Source: an uncultured Oscillibacter sp. (GTDB lineage: Bacteria; Bacillota; Clostridia; Oscillospirales; Oscillospiraceae). Taken from it: DNA of 64,000 nucleotides. The notes beneath the pieces were generated by a model. It was not told where the DNA came from and made no database searches. It was given only the letters and a program-made list of their open reading frames with translations. A program made the translations under genes and the position numbers. Positions 1 through 9,700 of the stretch are shown in pieces; the stretch's first letter is position 1, and every line of letters starts with the position of its first letter. The stretch covers positions 962 to 64,961 of the forward strand of contig CAJUDV010000010.1 of assembly GCA_910585385.1 (NCBI GenBank). The letters run 5' to 3'.

Positions 1-73
1 GGAAGAGCTGCCCGCGTTGATAACCAAAATGTTCATTGTTCCTCGACTCCCTTTTCTTCTTTTTTGAAAATGC

Positions 74-101
74 TTGCAGGATTTTCCACATTTGGTATAA
101 T
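74..101 (+). promoter_or_regulatory. sigma-70-type promoter candidate upstream of tmcAL
   Basis: TTGCAG (74-79), 16-nt spacer, TGg-TATAAT extended -10 (93-101) in an AT-rich stretch upstream of the first gene. Confidence 0.4.
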
Positions 102-191
102 ACCTATATATCCGACTTCATTATAGCAGGTTTTTTTTTTAAGACAACCTCTATTTTTACCGAACTGTCATTTTTTTGTCATCGTTTTGAG

Positions 192-1412
192 GTGATTTTT
201 CTGCGGGCTGCTGGTATCATTACAGAGTACAATCCCCTGCACACGGGCCACCTCTATCTGCTGGGAGCGGTCCGCCGCCTGCTGGGAGAGGACGCCGCCG
301 TCATCTGCGCCATGAGCGGGGACTTTGTCCAGCGGGGGGACTTCGCCCTTCTCCGGCGGCAGGCCCGGGCCGCCGCCGCCGTCCGCGGCGGGGCGGACCT
401 GGTGCTGGAGCTGCCCCTGCCCTGGGCGGCGGCTCCGGCGGAGCGGTTCGCCGACGGGGGCGTCCAGGTTCTGCTGGGTACCGGCGTGGTGGATGCCCTG
501 GCCTTCGGCAGCGAGTGCGGCGACGGAGCCGCCCTGCGGCGTCTGGCCGCGGCGCTGCTGTCGGCGGAGTTTCCATCCCTTTTGAAAGAGGAGCTGGCCC
601 GGGGGGACAGCTTCGCCGCCGCCCGCCAGCGGGCGGCGGGCCGGCTGACCTCCCCCGGGGAGGCGGCGCTGCTGTCACAGCCCAACAACACCCTGGGGGT
701 GGAGTACTGCAAGGCCCTGCTGGCCCGGAACGCCCCCCTGGAGGTGCTGACCATTCCCCGCCGGGGGGCCCCCCACGACGCGGAGACCCCGGCGCCGGAG
801 CAGAGCGCCTCCGCCGCCGCCATCCGGGCCCTGCTGCGGCAGGGACGGCGGCAGGAGGCCCTGCGCCATATGGCTCCCGCCATGGCGGAGGTCTACCGGG
901 ACGAGGAGGCCGCGGGCCGGGCTCCGGTATTTCTGGAAAAGTGTGAGCGGGCGGTCCTGGCCCGCCTTCGGACCATGGAAGAGGCGGACTTCGCCGCCCT
1001 GGACCAGGGCCGGGAGGGTCTCTACCGCCGGCTGTACCGGGCCAGCCGGGCCGCCGTGTCTGTGGAGGATCTGCTGGCGGCAGCCAAGACGAAGCGGTAC
1101 CCCCACGCCCGCCTGCGGCGGATGGTTCTGTGGGCCTACCTGGGCCTGCGGCCGGGGGACTTCCCCGATGCCGTGCCCTATCTGCGGGTGCTGGCGGCCA
1201 ATGCGCGGGGACAGACCCTGCTGGCCCGGATGCGGAAAACGGCCTCCGTCCCCATTCTGACCAAGCCCGCTGCCGTAAACCGGCTGGGAGCGGAGGCCCG
1301 GGAGCTCTTCGCCCTGGAGGCCCGGGCGGCGGACCTGTACGCTCTGGCGTATCCGAACCTCTCCGCCGCCGTGGGCGGCAGTCTCTGGCGGGAGGGGCCG
1401 GCGATGATCTGA
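192..1412 (+). CDS. tmcAL: tRNA(Met) cytidine acetate ligase (YlbM/TmcAL-family nucleotidyltransferase)
   Basis: ORF 36-1412. The conserved part begins AAGIITEYNPLHTGHLYLL, an HxGH-type motif of this family. The first ~50 codons are AT/Phe-rich and overlap the promoter, so the start is moved to in-frame GTG 192 (uncertain). Confidence 0.8.
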   Translation: MIFLRAAGIITEYNPLHTGHLYLLGAVRRLLGEDAAVICAMSGDFVQRGDFALLRRQARAAAAVRGGADLVLELPLPWAAAPAERFADGGVQVLLGTGVVDALAFGSECGDGAALRRLAAALLSAEFPSLLKEELARGDSFAAARQRAAGRLTSPGEAALLSQPNNTLGVEYCKALLARNAPLEVLTIPRRGAPHDAETPAPEQSASAAAIRALLRQGRRQEALRHMAPAMAEVYRDEEAAGRAPVFLEKCERAVLARLRTMEEADFAALDQGREGLYRRLYRASRAAVSVEDLLAAAKTKRYPHARLRRMVLWAYLGLRPGDFPDAVPYLRVLAANARGQTLLARMRKTASVPILTKPAAVNRLGAEARELFALEARAADLYALAYPNLSAAVGGSLWREGPAMI

Positions 1413-1436
1413 GACCTCGGAAAGGGGAAATGACCC

Positions 1437-2309
1437 ATGAAAAAAACAATTTTGCTGATACTGCTCTGCTGTCTCCTGGCGGGGTGCACCGCCGCCCCGG
1501 CGGACCGGGAACCCGCTGAGAACCCTCCGCCCCCGGCGGCGGAGCCCGCGCCGGAGGAGCCCTGTGTCTGCACCGTTGAGATGATGGACTGGGAGGACAG
1601 CGCCGCGGACGAGGACGGCACCGCTCTGGCAACGTGCCGCGTTCACATGCCGGTGCTGACCGCCCGCCGGGCCGACGGCACCGCCATTGAGACCGCGGAG
1701 ACGGAGGCCGAGGCCCGGGCTCTGGCGGCGGCGGAGACCTTCAACGCCCAGTTCGCGGCCTGGACGCTGGACGAGGAGTTCCAGGAGCTGGCGGCTCTGG
1801 CGCGGGAAGAGCGGGCATGGCGGCAGGAGAGCGGCATTGACTGGGGCCATGCCTTCTTTACGGAGATGACCGGCGAAACCTACCAGACGGACCGGCTGGT
1901 GAGCGTGGCGGGGGAGTATTACAGCTACACCGGCGGCGCCCACCCCAACACGGTGCTGATGGCCTGGAACTTCGATCTGGAGACCGGGGCGTTCTTCGTG
2001 CCGGAGCAGCTGGCGGGAGACGGCGAGGCATTCTCCCAGGCGGTGAGCGCGGAGATTGTCCGCCAGATCGGCGAGACGGCGGCGGAATATGACCTGGCGG
2101 CGGAGGAGGTATTCTGGGAGAATTACGAGGAGATCGCCGCCGGGTGGAGCAGCTACGCCGTCAGCTTTGACGAGACGGGCATGACGGTGGGCTTCTCCCC
2201 CTACGAGCTGGCGGCCTACGCCGCCGGGTCCCAGGTCTTCCGCCTCCCCTATGACCTCCTGGCCCCCCATCTCGGCGATTACGGCCGGGCGGTGCTGGGT
2301 CTGGAATGA
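1437..2309 (+). CDS. lipoprotein with DUF3298/DUF4163-like (RsiV/PdaC-type) domain
   Basis: Lipobox signal peptide MKKTILLILLCCLLAGC. The YYSYTGGAHPNT motif is typical of DUF3298. Acidic, GC3-rich coding frame. Confidence 0.7.
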   Translation: MKKTILLILLCCLLAGCTAAPADREPAENPPPPAAEPAPEEPCVCTVEMMDWEDSAADEDGTALATCRVHMPVLTARRADGTAIETAETEAEARALAAAETFNAQFAAWTLDEEFQELAALAREERAWRQESGIDWGHAFFTEMTGETYQTDRLVSVAGEYYSYTGGAHPNTVLMAWNFDLETGAFFVPEQLAGDGEAFSQAVSAEIVRQIGETAAEYDLAAEEVFWENYEEIAAGWSSYAVSFDETGMTVGFSPYELAAYAAGSQVFRLPYDLLAPHLGDYGRAVLGLE

Positions 2310-2318
2310 CGCGGAGGG

Positions 2319-2346
2319 ACAGCGGGCGAACGCCCGCTGTTTTTCT
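2319..2346 (+). terminator. rho-independent terminator
   Basis: ACAGCGGGCG-aa-CGCCCGCTGT followed by TTTTCT, 10 nt after the stop codon. Confidence 0.55.
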
Positions 2347-2348
2347 AC

Positions 2349-2396
2349 TTGACATACCTTGTGTCTCTATGTATAATAAGCATAGAGACACAAGGT
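2349..2396 (+). promoter_or_regulatory. promoter with perfect 16-bp inverted repeat (putative PadR operator)
   Basis: TTGACA (2349-2354), 17 nt, TATAAT (2372-2377). ACCTTGTGTCTCTATG (2356-2371) and CATAGAGACACAAGGT (2381-2396) bracket the -10 box. Confidence 0.6.
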
Positions 2397-2421
2397 ATTA
2401 TTTTTGAGAGGAGTGAAAAAG

Positions 2422-2760
2422 ATGCCGAAAAAGCAGCAGATCGAGCACACGCCGCTGCTGGTGCTGTCACTGCTGGCGGGGGAGGACATGTACGGCTACC
2501 AGATGATTCTGGAGCTGGCCCGCCGGTCCAACCACACCTTTGACATGAAGGAGGGCACGCTGTACCCAGTGCTCCACGGCCTGGAGCAAAAGGGGTATCT
2601 GGAGGCCTACCGGCAGGAGGCCCCCACGGGCCGGACGCGGAAGTACTACCACCTGACCCGCAAAGGCGGCGAGGCCCTGCGGACGGAGGCGGAGAGCTGG
2701 CGGCAGTACAGCGGGGCCGTGGACGCGGTGCTCCGCTCCTCCGCCCTGGGGATGGCGTGA
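2422..2760 (+). CDS. PadR family transcriptional regulator
   Basis: MYGYQMILEL...GTLYPVLHGLEQKGYLEAY...RKYYHLTRKG winged-helix PadR signature. ATG 2422 follows RBS GAGAGGAG. Confidence 0.85.
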   Translation: MPKKQQIEHTPLLVLSLLAGEDMYGYQMILELARRSNHTFDMKEGTLYPVLHGLEQKGYLEAYRQEAPTGRTRKYYHLTRKGGEALRTEAESWRQYSGAVDAVLRSSALGMA

Positions 2761-3614
2761 TGAATCGCTCGGAGTACTGCGCCCAGGTGCTCTCCCACCT
2801 CCGCCGCCTGTCCCGGCGGGAGCGGGAGGCCGTCCGGGCGGAGCTGGAGGAGCACATGGAGGACCGCGTCTGCGCCCTGCTGGACCTGGGCTACGACCAA
2901 TCGCTTGCGGAGGAGCGGACCATGGCCGCCATGGGGGACCCGGCGCAGGTGGGCCGGGAGATGGCGAAACAGTACCCCCGGGGCTGGAATGTGGTCACCG
3001 GCGTGTCGTTGGTCCTCTGTGTTTTTGTGATGTTCTCGGCCCTCTCCAGCAGTTCCAACAGGAAGATGATCGGGTATGCCTGGGACAGCCTCGTCTACCG
3101 TGTGTTCCCGCCGGGGCCGGAGACGGTGATCGCGGGCACCGTCTCCCCGCGGGGGATCGAGCCCGTCTCCGGCGTCACGGAGGCGGTGGACATCCGGCGG
3201 ACCATCGGAGACAACGTGCTGCGGGTCTACCAGATCACCGTGGGGACTCAGGACAGCCAGACGGCGGCGAAGACCCGGATCTATGAAGACGGTTATCAGG
3301 ACGGCGCGCTGGCGGCGGAGGCGGCGAAATCCCAGGAGGAGGGACAGCTGACGGCGGAGGCGGCGGTGTGCATCTACCACAAAATTCCCGGCGGCCTGGT
3401 GGCGATGCCCTTGTTCAACAATCTCACGGCGGAGAGCCAGCGGGGAGACCAGCAGGTCCCCTTTCGCCGGGGGGCGGTGGCCAATCCGATGATGTGGCAG
3501 GTCTTTCTGCGCTCCCCCGTCCAGCCGGGGGACGACCATATCACCCTGCGCTACGCGTGGCTGGGGGAGCGTGTCACCGTGGACATTCCCCTGCCGGAGG
3601 AGGGTGCGTCATGA
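2757..3614 (+). CDS. PadR-associated membrane protein (DUF1700/HAAS-like N-terminal helical domain)
   Basis: Start overlaps the PadR stop (GTGATG). The N-terminus YCAQVLSHLRRLSRREREAVRAELEEHMEDR resembles DUF1700-type partners of PadR and is followed by a TM helix. Confidence 0.6.
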   Translation: MMNRSEYCAQVLSHLRRLSRREREAVRAELEEHMEDRVCALLDLGYDQSLAEERTMAAMGDPAQVGREMAKQYPRGWNVVTGVSLVLCVFVMFSALSSSSNRKMIGYAWDSLVYRVFPPGPETVIAGTVSPRGIEPVSGVTEAVDIRRTIGDNVLRVYQITVGTQDSQTAAKTRIYEDGYQDGALAAEAAKSQEEGQLTAEAAVCIYHKIPGGLVAMPLFNNLTAESQRGDQQVPFRRGAVANPMMWQVFLRSPVQPGDDHITLRYAWLGERVTVDIPLPEEGAS

Positions 3615-4333
3615 GGAGAAAAAAGAAGCTGTCCACCCGCCGGCGGCGGGGGGTGCGCTGCGCCGCGGCCGCTCTGGTACTCCTCATTCTGGCGCAGAAC
3701 TTTCTGCACACGGCGCTGCTGCTGCCCATCCAGGCCGTCCGGCTGGCGGAGGAACAGAACGGCGTCCAGGATACCCGGGCCGTCCGGCGGCAGTGGGAGC
3801 CGGAGCTCCTCAACGGAACGGCCCTGTTCTATCTAACGGCCAGCGACAACGCCGTGCTTCTCACGGATACGTATTTAACCGCCCGAGGCTGGCAGCCCAG
3901 GTATTCGGGATTGCTGGACTGCACCGAAGACAAGCCTCTCCACGCCGGAGAGCGGATCGTCACGCTGGACGCCGGAGAGGACGCCGAAAACCGCTACTAC
4001 GGCACCCACCTCTTTTTCTACGGGCGGGTGGACGACCCCGCCATTGAGACCGTGGAGATCCGCCTCCAGGCGCCTCCCGATTATGAGACAGCGGAGGGGG
4101 AGACCGTCGACCAGGGTTATCTTCTGCTCACCGCTCCCATCTTCCAAAAGAATGGGCGCCGGTATTTCCTCCTGGATTACCGGGCGCCCTCCCCGGACAG
4201 CGTGAAGAGGGCGGACCGCATTGTCGGAAGAAACGCCGCAGGGAACGGCGTCACGTCGTTTCAGATCCCGGTGACCGGCGTCAACATCGCCCGCCGCACG
4301 CCCAGAGGGGCGGAGGCCGGCGGGAGTACATAG
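3611..4333 (+). CDS. signal-anchored hypothetical protein
   Basis: ATG 3611 (MRRKKKLSTRRRRG then hydrophobic AAAALVLLILAQNF) overlaps the upstream stop (ATGA). In frame with track ORF 3368-4333. No family recognised. Confidence 0.5.
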   Translation: MRRKKKLSTRRRRGVRCAAAALVLLILAQNFLHTALLLPIQAVRLAEEQNGVQDTRAVRRQWEPELLNGTALFYLTASDNAVLLTDTYLTARGWQPRYSGLLDCTEDKPLHAGERIVTLDAGEDAENRYYGTHLFFYGRVDDPAIETVEIRLQAPPDYETAEGETVDQGYLLLTAPIFQKNGRRYFLLDYRAPSPDSVKRADRIVGRNAAGNGVTSFQIPVTGVNIARRTPRGAEAGGST

Positions 4334-4343
4334 AGAACAAACG

Positions 4344-4373
4344 CTCCCCCCGCGCCAATGGGCGCGGGGGGAG
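4344..4373. terminator. bidirectional hairpin terminator between convergent genes
   Basis: CTCCCCCCGCGCC-aatg-GGCGCGGGGGGAG, a 13-bp stem between the stops at 4333 (+) and 4380 (-). Confidence 0.6.
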
Positions 4374-4379
4374 TTCCTG

Positions 4380-5435
4380 TCAGTTTTTCTCCAGCAGCTG
4401 CTCCAGAATGTTCCCGCTGAACGTCTCCAGCCGCTCCCCAATCCCCGGCAGGCGCACCGCCGTGCCGGCGTCGTTGGCGGTCTCCAGCATACAAAAGCCC
4501 GGCGGCAGCCAGAAGCCCTTGTTCATGTTCATGGCGGACACCACCTGGCTGGCCACAATGTCCCCCCCGGAGTACCCGGAGACCACGATGGCGAACACCG
4601 CCGTGTCCTCAAAGGGCGCGGTGCGGTAGAGGGCCGTCAGGCGGTTGATGGCGGCGGTGAGGTTGGCGGGCAGGGCGTCGTTGTAGTTGGGGCACAGCAG
4701 CACCACGCCGTCTGCCGCCCGGATGGCGGGGTACACCTCCTCCACCATGACGCCGCCGTAGAAGCAGTCCTCCCGCTCCCCGAAGTGGAGGCAGGCGGTG
4801 TAAGGGCACCCGGCGCAGTCCGTGAGGGCGCCGTTGCGAAGGCCGATCTCCGTGATGTCACAGCCGGCCTCCAGCCGCCGCCGGCACCGGCTCCACAGGG
4901 CCAGGGTGTTGGAGGTGGGGCGGCTGGAGGCGTGGAGCGCCAGAAGCCGCGGCCTCCGCCTCCGGGGCGGGGCGAAATCCAGCACCCGCCGCGCCAGGTC
5001 CGCCGCCGCCCGGCGGTAGGCCTCCTCCAGGGAACACATCGCGTTTTTGGCCTGGACGGTAAAGTTCCGCAAATCCCCCACGGCCTCCACCAGGGGCCGC
5101 CCTGGGAAGGCGCACCCGGCGAGACTTGCCGCCAGCGCCAGGTCCCGCCCGGCGGATTTGGTGTACAGGTCCCCCTCCCCATCCACCAGAATGCCCCCCA
5201 CGCACCCCCGGAGACACCCGGGGTGGGTGCGGAGGTACGCCAGCAGGGCGCAGAATTCCGGATTCACGCCGCTGCCGTCCAAAGACACGGCAAAGAGGAC
5301 ACGGCAGTCTTTCAGGGCCCCCTCCAGCCGGGGGCGCACCTGGGCCCGGCGGCCCTCCAACGCGGCCTCCAGGGTCCGGGCAAACCGCTCCGGGGCGGTC
5401 TCGCCGGGGCGGATGACGGTCAAAACCTGTGACAT
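4380..5435 (-). CDS. two-lobed flavodoxin-fold protein; C-terminal lobe resembles iron-sulfur flavoprotein / NAD(P)H-dependent FMN reductase
   Basis: ATG 5435 with AGGAGG RBS, 10 nt after the upstream stop. The C-terminal half carries LLALHASSRPTSNT, the Cys cluster DCAGCPYTAC and LLCPNYNDALP. Confidence 0.65.
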   Translation of the reverse strand: MSQVLTVIRPGETAPERFARTLEAALEGRRAQVRPRLEGALKDCRVLFAVSLDGSGVNPEFCALLAYLRTHPGCLRGCVGGILVDGEGDLYTKSAGRDLALAASLAGCAFPGRPLVEAVGDLRNFTVQAKNAMCSLEEAYRRAAADLARRVLDFAPPRRRRPRLLALHASSRPTSNTLALWSRCRRRLEAGCDITEIGLRNGALTDCAGCPYTACLHFGEREDCFYGGVMVEEVYPAIRAADGVVLLCPNYNDALPANLTAAINRLTALYRTAPFEDTAVFAIVVSGYSGGDIVASQVVSAMNMNKGFWLPPGFCMLETANDAGTAVRLPGIGERLETFSGNILEQLLEKN

Positions 5436-5445
5436 GGCGGACCTC

Positions 5446-6678
5446 CTATCCGATCTCCCGCAGGGACGCCTCCGTCTCCTCCAGGCGGGCGAAGAGCGCC
5501 TCCGGCAGGGCCAGGGTCTCCCACTCCAGCCCCCGGGCCGTAAAGCGGTTCTTACAGCCAAACCACACGCCTCCCAGGGGCACGGAGCCGCAGTGCCACT
5601 CCCCCCGCAGGCTCAGCAGCAGCTGCATGGCCCCGGAGGACACGGCGGGGGCCACATAGGGCTTGAACCCCAGCTCCCGGATCCGGAGGTTGGCCTCCAG
5701 GGTGAGTCGGGTCAGCTCCCGGGAGAGCGTGTCGTCATAGCGCTCTATGGAGTTGGCGATCACCAGCCCCGCCCCGTGGGGCCCGAAGCTCCGCCCCTCC
5801 GTGAGGAAGGCGGCAAAGCGGGGGTCCCCCTTGGCGAAGTACGCCGCCCGGGCGTTCATCACCCCCAGGCCGAAGCCCTGGACCTGCTCGGGAAGGAGGC
5901 CCAGGCCGTCCCAATGGCCCTCCCCGTCCAGGTTGGAGGCCCGCCAGGCCGCCTGGCACAGGGGGTCCACCGGGTCGCTGAGGACGATGAAGAGCCCCCG
6001 GAAGTCCGCCGCCCGGGCCTGCCGGGCAAACTGCTCCGCCAGAGGCCGGTTGGCCTCCAGCTGGGCCATGCGCACATCCTCTACGCCGCTGCCCACCGGC
6101 GGAACGGCCCGGGCGGCGGCGAAGATAAAGACGCCGCAGTCAAAGAGCCGCTCCGGCGGAACCGCCTCCACCTCCGGCAGGGCATTATAGTCCCAGGGCC
6201 AGGCGGTCTGACCCATCTCCATAACCCACCGGGCCACGGTGTTCTCGCTGAGGTCGCAGACGCCCACGGCGGAGATCACATCGCCCCCCAGCAGCTTCAG
6301 CGCCGTCAGCAGCGTGCCTCCCACGTCCCCCACCGCCAGCAGGTGGAGTCGCTTCTTCCCCGGCCTGTGGGCGGCGAACTCCAGCGCCCGCCGCCAGCGG
6401 GGGTGCCGGAGGTTCACGGCGGTGAGACGGCCCGCCGCCGCGGCCGCGGAGACGCTCTCCGGCAGCGCCGGCGCCTCCCCCATCCGCCGGGGGTCCAGCC
6501 AGCGGACGTCCGCCGCCTCCGCCGTCAGCTGGCGGGGGTCCGTCACCCGCCAGGCGGCGGGGAGCAAGCCAGGGTCTCCCCGGACCAGAAACAGCTCCGG
6601 CGTCCCCGGCTCCGCGGTCTCATAGGGAAGCTCCAAAAATGAGGCCGCCTGTTTTCCGTGAATGGTATACCAATCCAT
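5446..6678 (-). CDS. lactate/malate dehydrogenase-like 2-hydroxyacid dehydrogenase with ~110-aa N-terminal extension
   Basis: Rossmann LHLLAVGDVGGTL. SDPVDPL matches LDH TNPVD. Arg in VEDVRMAQLEAN and MNARAAY. His in FGPHGAG. Confidence 0.65.
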   Translation of the reverse strand: MDWYTIHGKQAASFLELPYETAEPGTPELFLVRGDPGLLPAAWRVTDPRQLTAEAADVRWLDPRRMGEAPALPESVSAAAAAGRLTAVNLRHPRWRRALEFAAHRPGKKRLHLLAVGDVGGTLLTALKLLGGDVISAVGVCDLSENTVARWVMEMGQTAWPWDYNALPEVEAVPPERLFDCGVFIFAAARAVPPVGSGVEDVRMAQLEANRPLAEQFARQARAADFRGLFIVLSDPVDPLCQAAWRASNLDGEGHWDGLGLLPEQVQGFGLGVMNARAAYFAKGDPRFAAFLTEGRSFGPHGAGLVIANSIERYDDTLSRELTRLTLEANLRIRELGFKPYVAPAVSSGAMQLLLSLRGEWHCGSVPLGGVWFGCKNRFTARGLEWETLALPEALFARLEETEASLREIG

Positions 6679-6723
6679 AAAATCTCCTGTTCTTTGGCAT
6701 CGGGAGGTCCGGCCGCTCCCGGA

Positions 6724-9700
6724 TTACTCCAGAAGCTCCCGCATCCGCAGCAGCATTTTCAGGTCGTTTTCTACGCACATGGAGGCAGGCTGGCTGGCGT
6801 CATAGCGCAGACAGCCGCCTTTGTCCGGGCTGAGGGGCAGAATCACCGCCTCGCTGAGACGGGAGAGGGTCAGATTCCGGGCGTACCGCTCCCGGTAGGC
6901 GGACTCCAGCGCCAAAAGGATGCCGCGGCTGTTCTCCAGGCAGGTCCTGGAGAAGGCAAACACCGCCTCCCGGCCGCATTCCTTGTAAAACTTAGGAAAG
7001 GCGTAGGGCAGGATCAGGTTTACCGCCGGGGTCAGGCCGGGCACGGAGGCCCGGGCCCCGCCTACGGTGTCTCCGCCGATAAAGGGGTACATGGTGGACT
7101 CCACGAACCAGGCCCGCATGTTGGGGATGTAGTAGACGCTGTCCACCTCCCGGCCCCGGGCGGCCATCAGGTCCCGGCCCCGGCCGGAGAGAAGCCCCAC
7201 CACGCAGCGGTCCACGTCCACCCCCTCCCGCCGGAACAGCGGGTCCAGAACCTGAATCCGGTTGCCGGAGTGGAGCAGGTCGTCCACCAGCATCACGGGA
7301 CGGCGGAAGGAGCGGATGGTGCGAATCTGGCTCTCCAGCGGGGCATAGCCGGGAAATGCCTCAATGGTGAAGGAGCGCAGGTCCGGCGCAAATACCTTGT
7401 CGGTGTGGATGGTCTTGGTGACGGTGTTGGGCACGGCGCTGCCCCGCAGGATCTTGCCGAAGGGAACGCACATCTTGGGTCCCAGCACCCGGGGAGACGT
7501 GGGCTCGGCGGGCACGCCGTTGAGAACCGTCAGCTTTCCCACCAGGCGGTGGTAGATGACCCCGGCGTTAAGGGACAACACCAGCGCCCCGGGATACAGC
7601 CCGCAGATGGCCCGCTGGAGCTGGTGGTGGGCCTTTTGGATGGACGCAAGCACCTGGAGATCGGAGGAGAAGGGCTCTTTCAGCGTGGTGGGGATGTTCT
7701 GGAGCAGCACCGCCGGGGAGCGCATGTCCACCAGCAGCAGGGGCCGCTCCTCCGTCCCGGCAATGGAGACAAAGCCCTGCCGGGCCAGCAGGTCCAGCAC
7801 CTCCGCCGCCGGGGCGGCGCCATACCAGGCGGCGTAGCCGCAGTCCTCGCCCATGGCCTGGGACAGCGCCTCCGTCAGAAGAAGCTGGCCGGCGTCGTAA
7901 CCGCCGCCGGGAACGCGGGCCAGGTACAGCCCCGTCAGCAGCCGGATCCGCCCCGCCGCCCGGCAGCGCACCGCGTCGGCCAGGTCTCCGTCGCCCAGGG
8001 CGCCGTACAGCTCCCGGTCGCTGACAGTCCGCAGGGTCAAAAAGCCCAGAATCCGCTCTCCGGACCGGGTGTGACGCAGAATCAGCACGCCGTCCCGGGG
8101 GTCCGGCTCCGGCAGGGGACGTCTCTCCGCGGCGGCCATGGCCCGCAGCTCCTCCCACAGCGCGGCGTCAGGGTGTGGAATCCGCTCAAAGTCCAGGAAG
8201 CCCGCCCGGACCACCTGCTTGTACTGGGGCTCCCGCAGGTACAGGCTGTTGCGGTAGATGTAGTCCTGCACCGAGGGCTCGATGAGGTTGGAGATGTCCC
8301 GCCCCAGATCGATGTTCTCCCGAATGCGGGTGGAGCTGATGTCCTCCAGGTGGGTCGGCAGCTGGAGCTGGAGCACGTCTCCCCGGAGGCAGGAGAGGTC
8401 GGCGTCGATCTCCCGTCCCTCGGCGTCGCTGGAGCGGCGGAAGACGATATGATTGAGGAAATGGACGGAGCCCGGGGCGGGCGGAGCCCTGTAGGACGAG
8501 GCGCCCGCCACCACGTCGGACCCCACGGCCAGATACAGCGCCTGCCCGGCGAACACCTGCCGCAGCCGGTCCAGGTCGGCGGGGGTGGCCAGGTTTACCG
8601 GGATGTCGTGGGGGAAGAGGTACACGTCGAACTCGTCCGCCACGGACATGCTGACGATCTGCCGCCGGATCAATGAGGGCTGGGCCTTCTTGGACCAGGA
8701 GAACTCGTCCACCGCCAGGTAGACCTCGAACCCCAGGTTCCGGATGGCCTGGACAATGCCCTTGTGGCTGAGGGAGAAGGGGTCAAAGGTCCCGGGGAAG
8801 AAGGCGGCCTTCTCCGGGATCTCAAACTGGAAGGGCCCGCTCTGGATCTTGTGGAGGACGATAAAGCGGTAGACGTGGGAGAGAGAGGCAGCGGTGTAAA
8901 AGAACGTCAGCTCCTCCTCCGGCTGCTCACCGATGAGGAACAGCAGCTTTTTGCCGATAAGGGTGAAGAGGGAGGTCTTATCCTCGTAGCCCAGGGCCTT
9001 GGAGGCGAAGAGCCCCCCCAGAATGTGGAGGGCCTCCTGCCGCGCCGCCTCCCGGCGGTCCGCCAGGCCTTTGAGGAGGAGACCCGCCAGGGTCCTGCGG
9101 CGGACGGCGAAGGCGTCCCCCTCGCCGAAGCGGGGGGCGTAAGCGGCGTAGTGCTCCAGCATGGCCCCCAGGGTGGCCAGGGCCGCCGCCACCACGTCAG
9201 TGTTGGGAGAGGAGAGGAGGACGGCCATCTGGACCACCACCTCGTCCAGCTCCCGGGGGGTCAGCCACAGGGCGAACTGGCCCAGGTACTCCGGAATGTA
9301 CTTGGAGATCTCCGCCTGGCCGGTCTCCAGGGCCTTGGCCATCTCCACGGCGATCTCGTTGCGCCGGTCCGGCGTCAGCGCGGGGGCAATGGCCAGCAGC
9401 GCCGCCCCCGCCATCCGGCGCACCACCACGTGCTCGCTGACCTTGATGAGGTTGGAGAAGTGGGTGGCGATGTGGAGGGCGTTGGCTCCTCCGGAGCGCT
9501 CCACCTGGTCCAGCAGATACTCCACGCCGGCGGCCTTCAGAATCCAGGGCGTGGCGGTCTTGAGGTTGTCCAGGGACACGCCGCTGGCGGCCCCCGGGCG
9601 GCCCAGCAGGGTCTTTTTGGCGGATACGTCCAGCCCCAGCCGCTCCCCCAGCTGCACCTGGAGGAACAGCAGCGGCACGCTGGCGGCGCAGTCCGCCGCC

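Noticed and set aside
36-191. N-terminal 52 codons of track ORF 36-1412 as part of TmcAL
   Set aside because: The segment is AT-rich and Phe-rich (LFFFFENACRIFHIW...). It contains a promoter-like TTGCAG/TATAAT and lies upstream of where family similarity begins.
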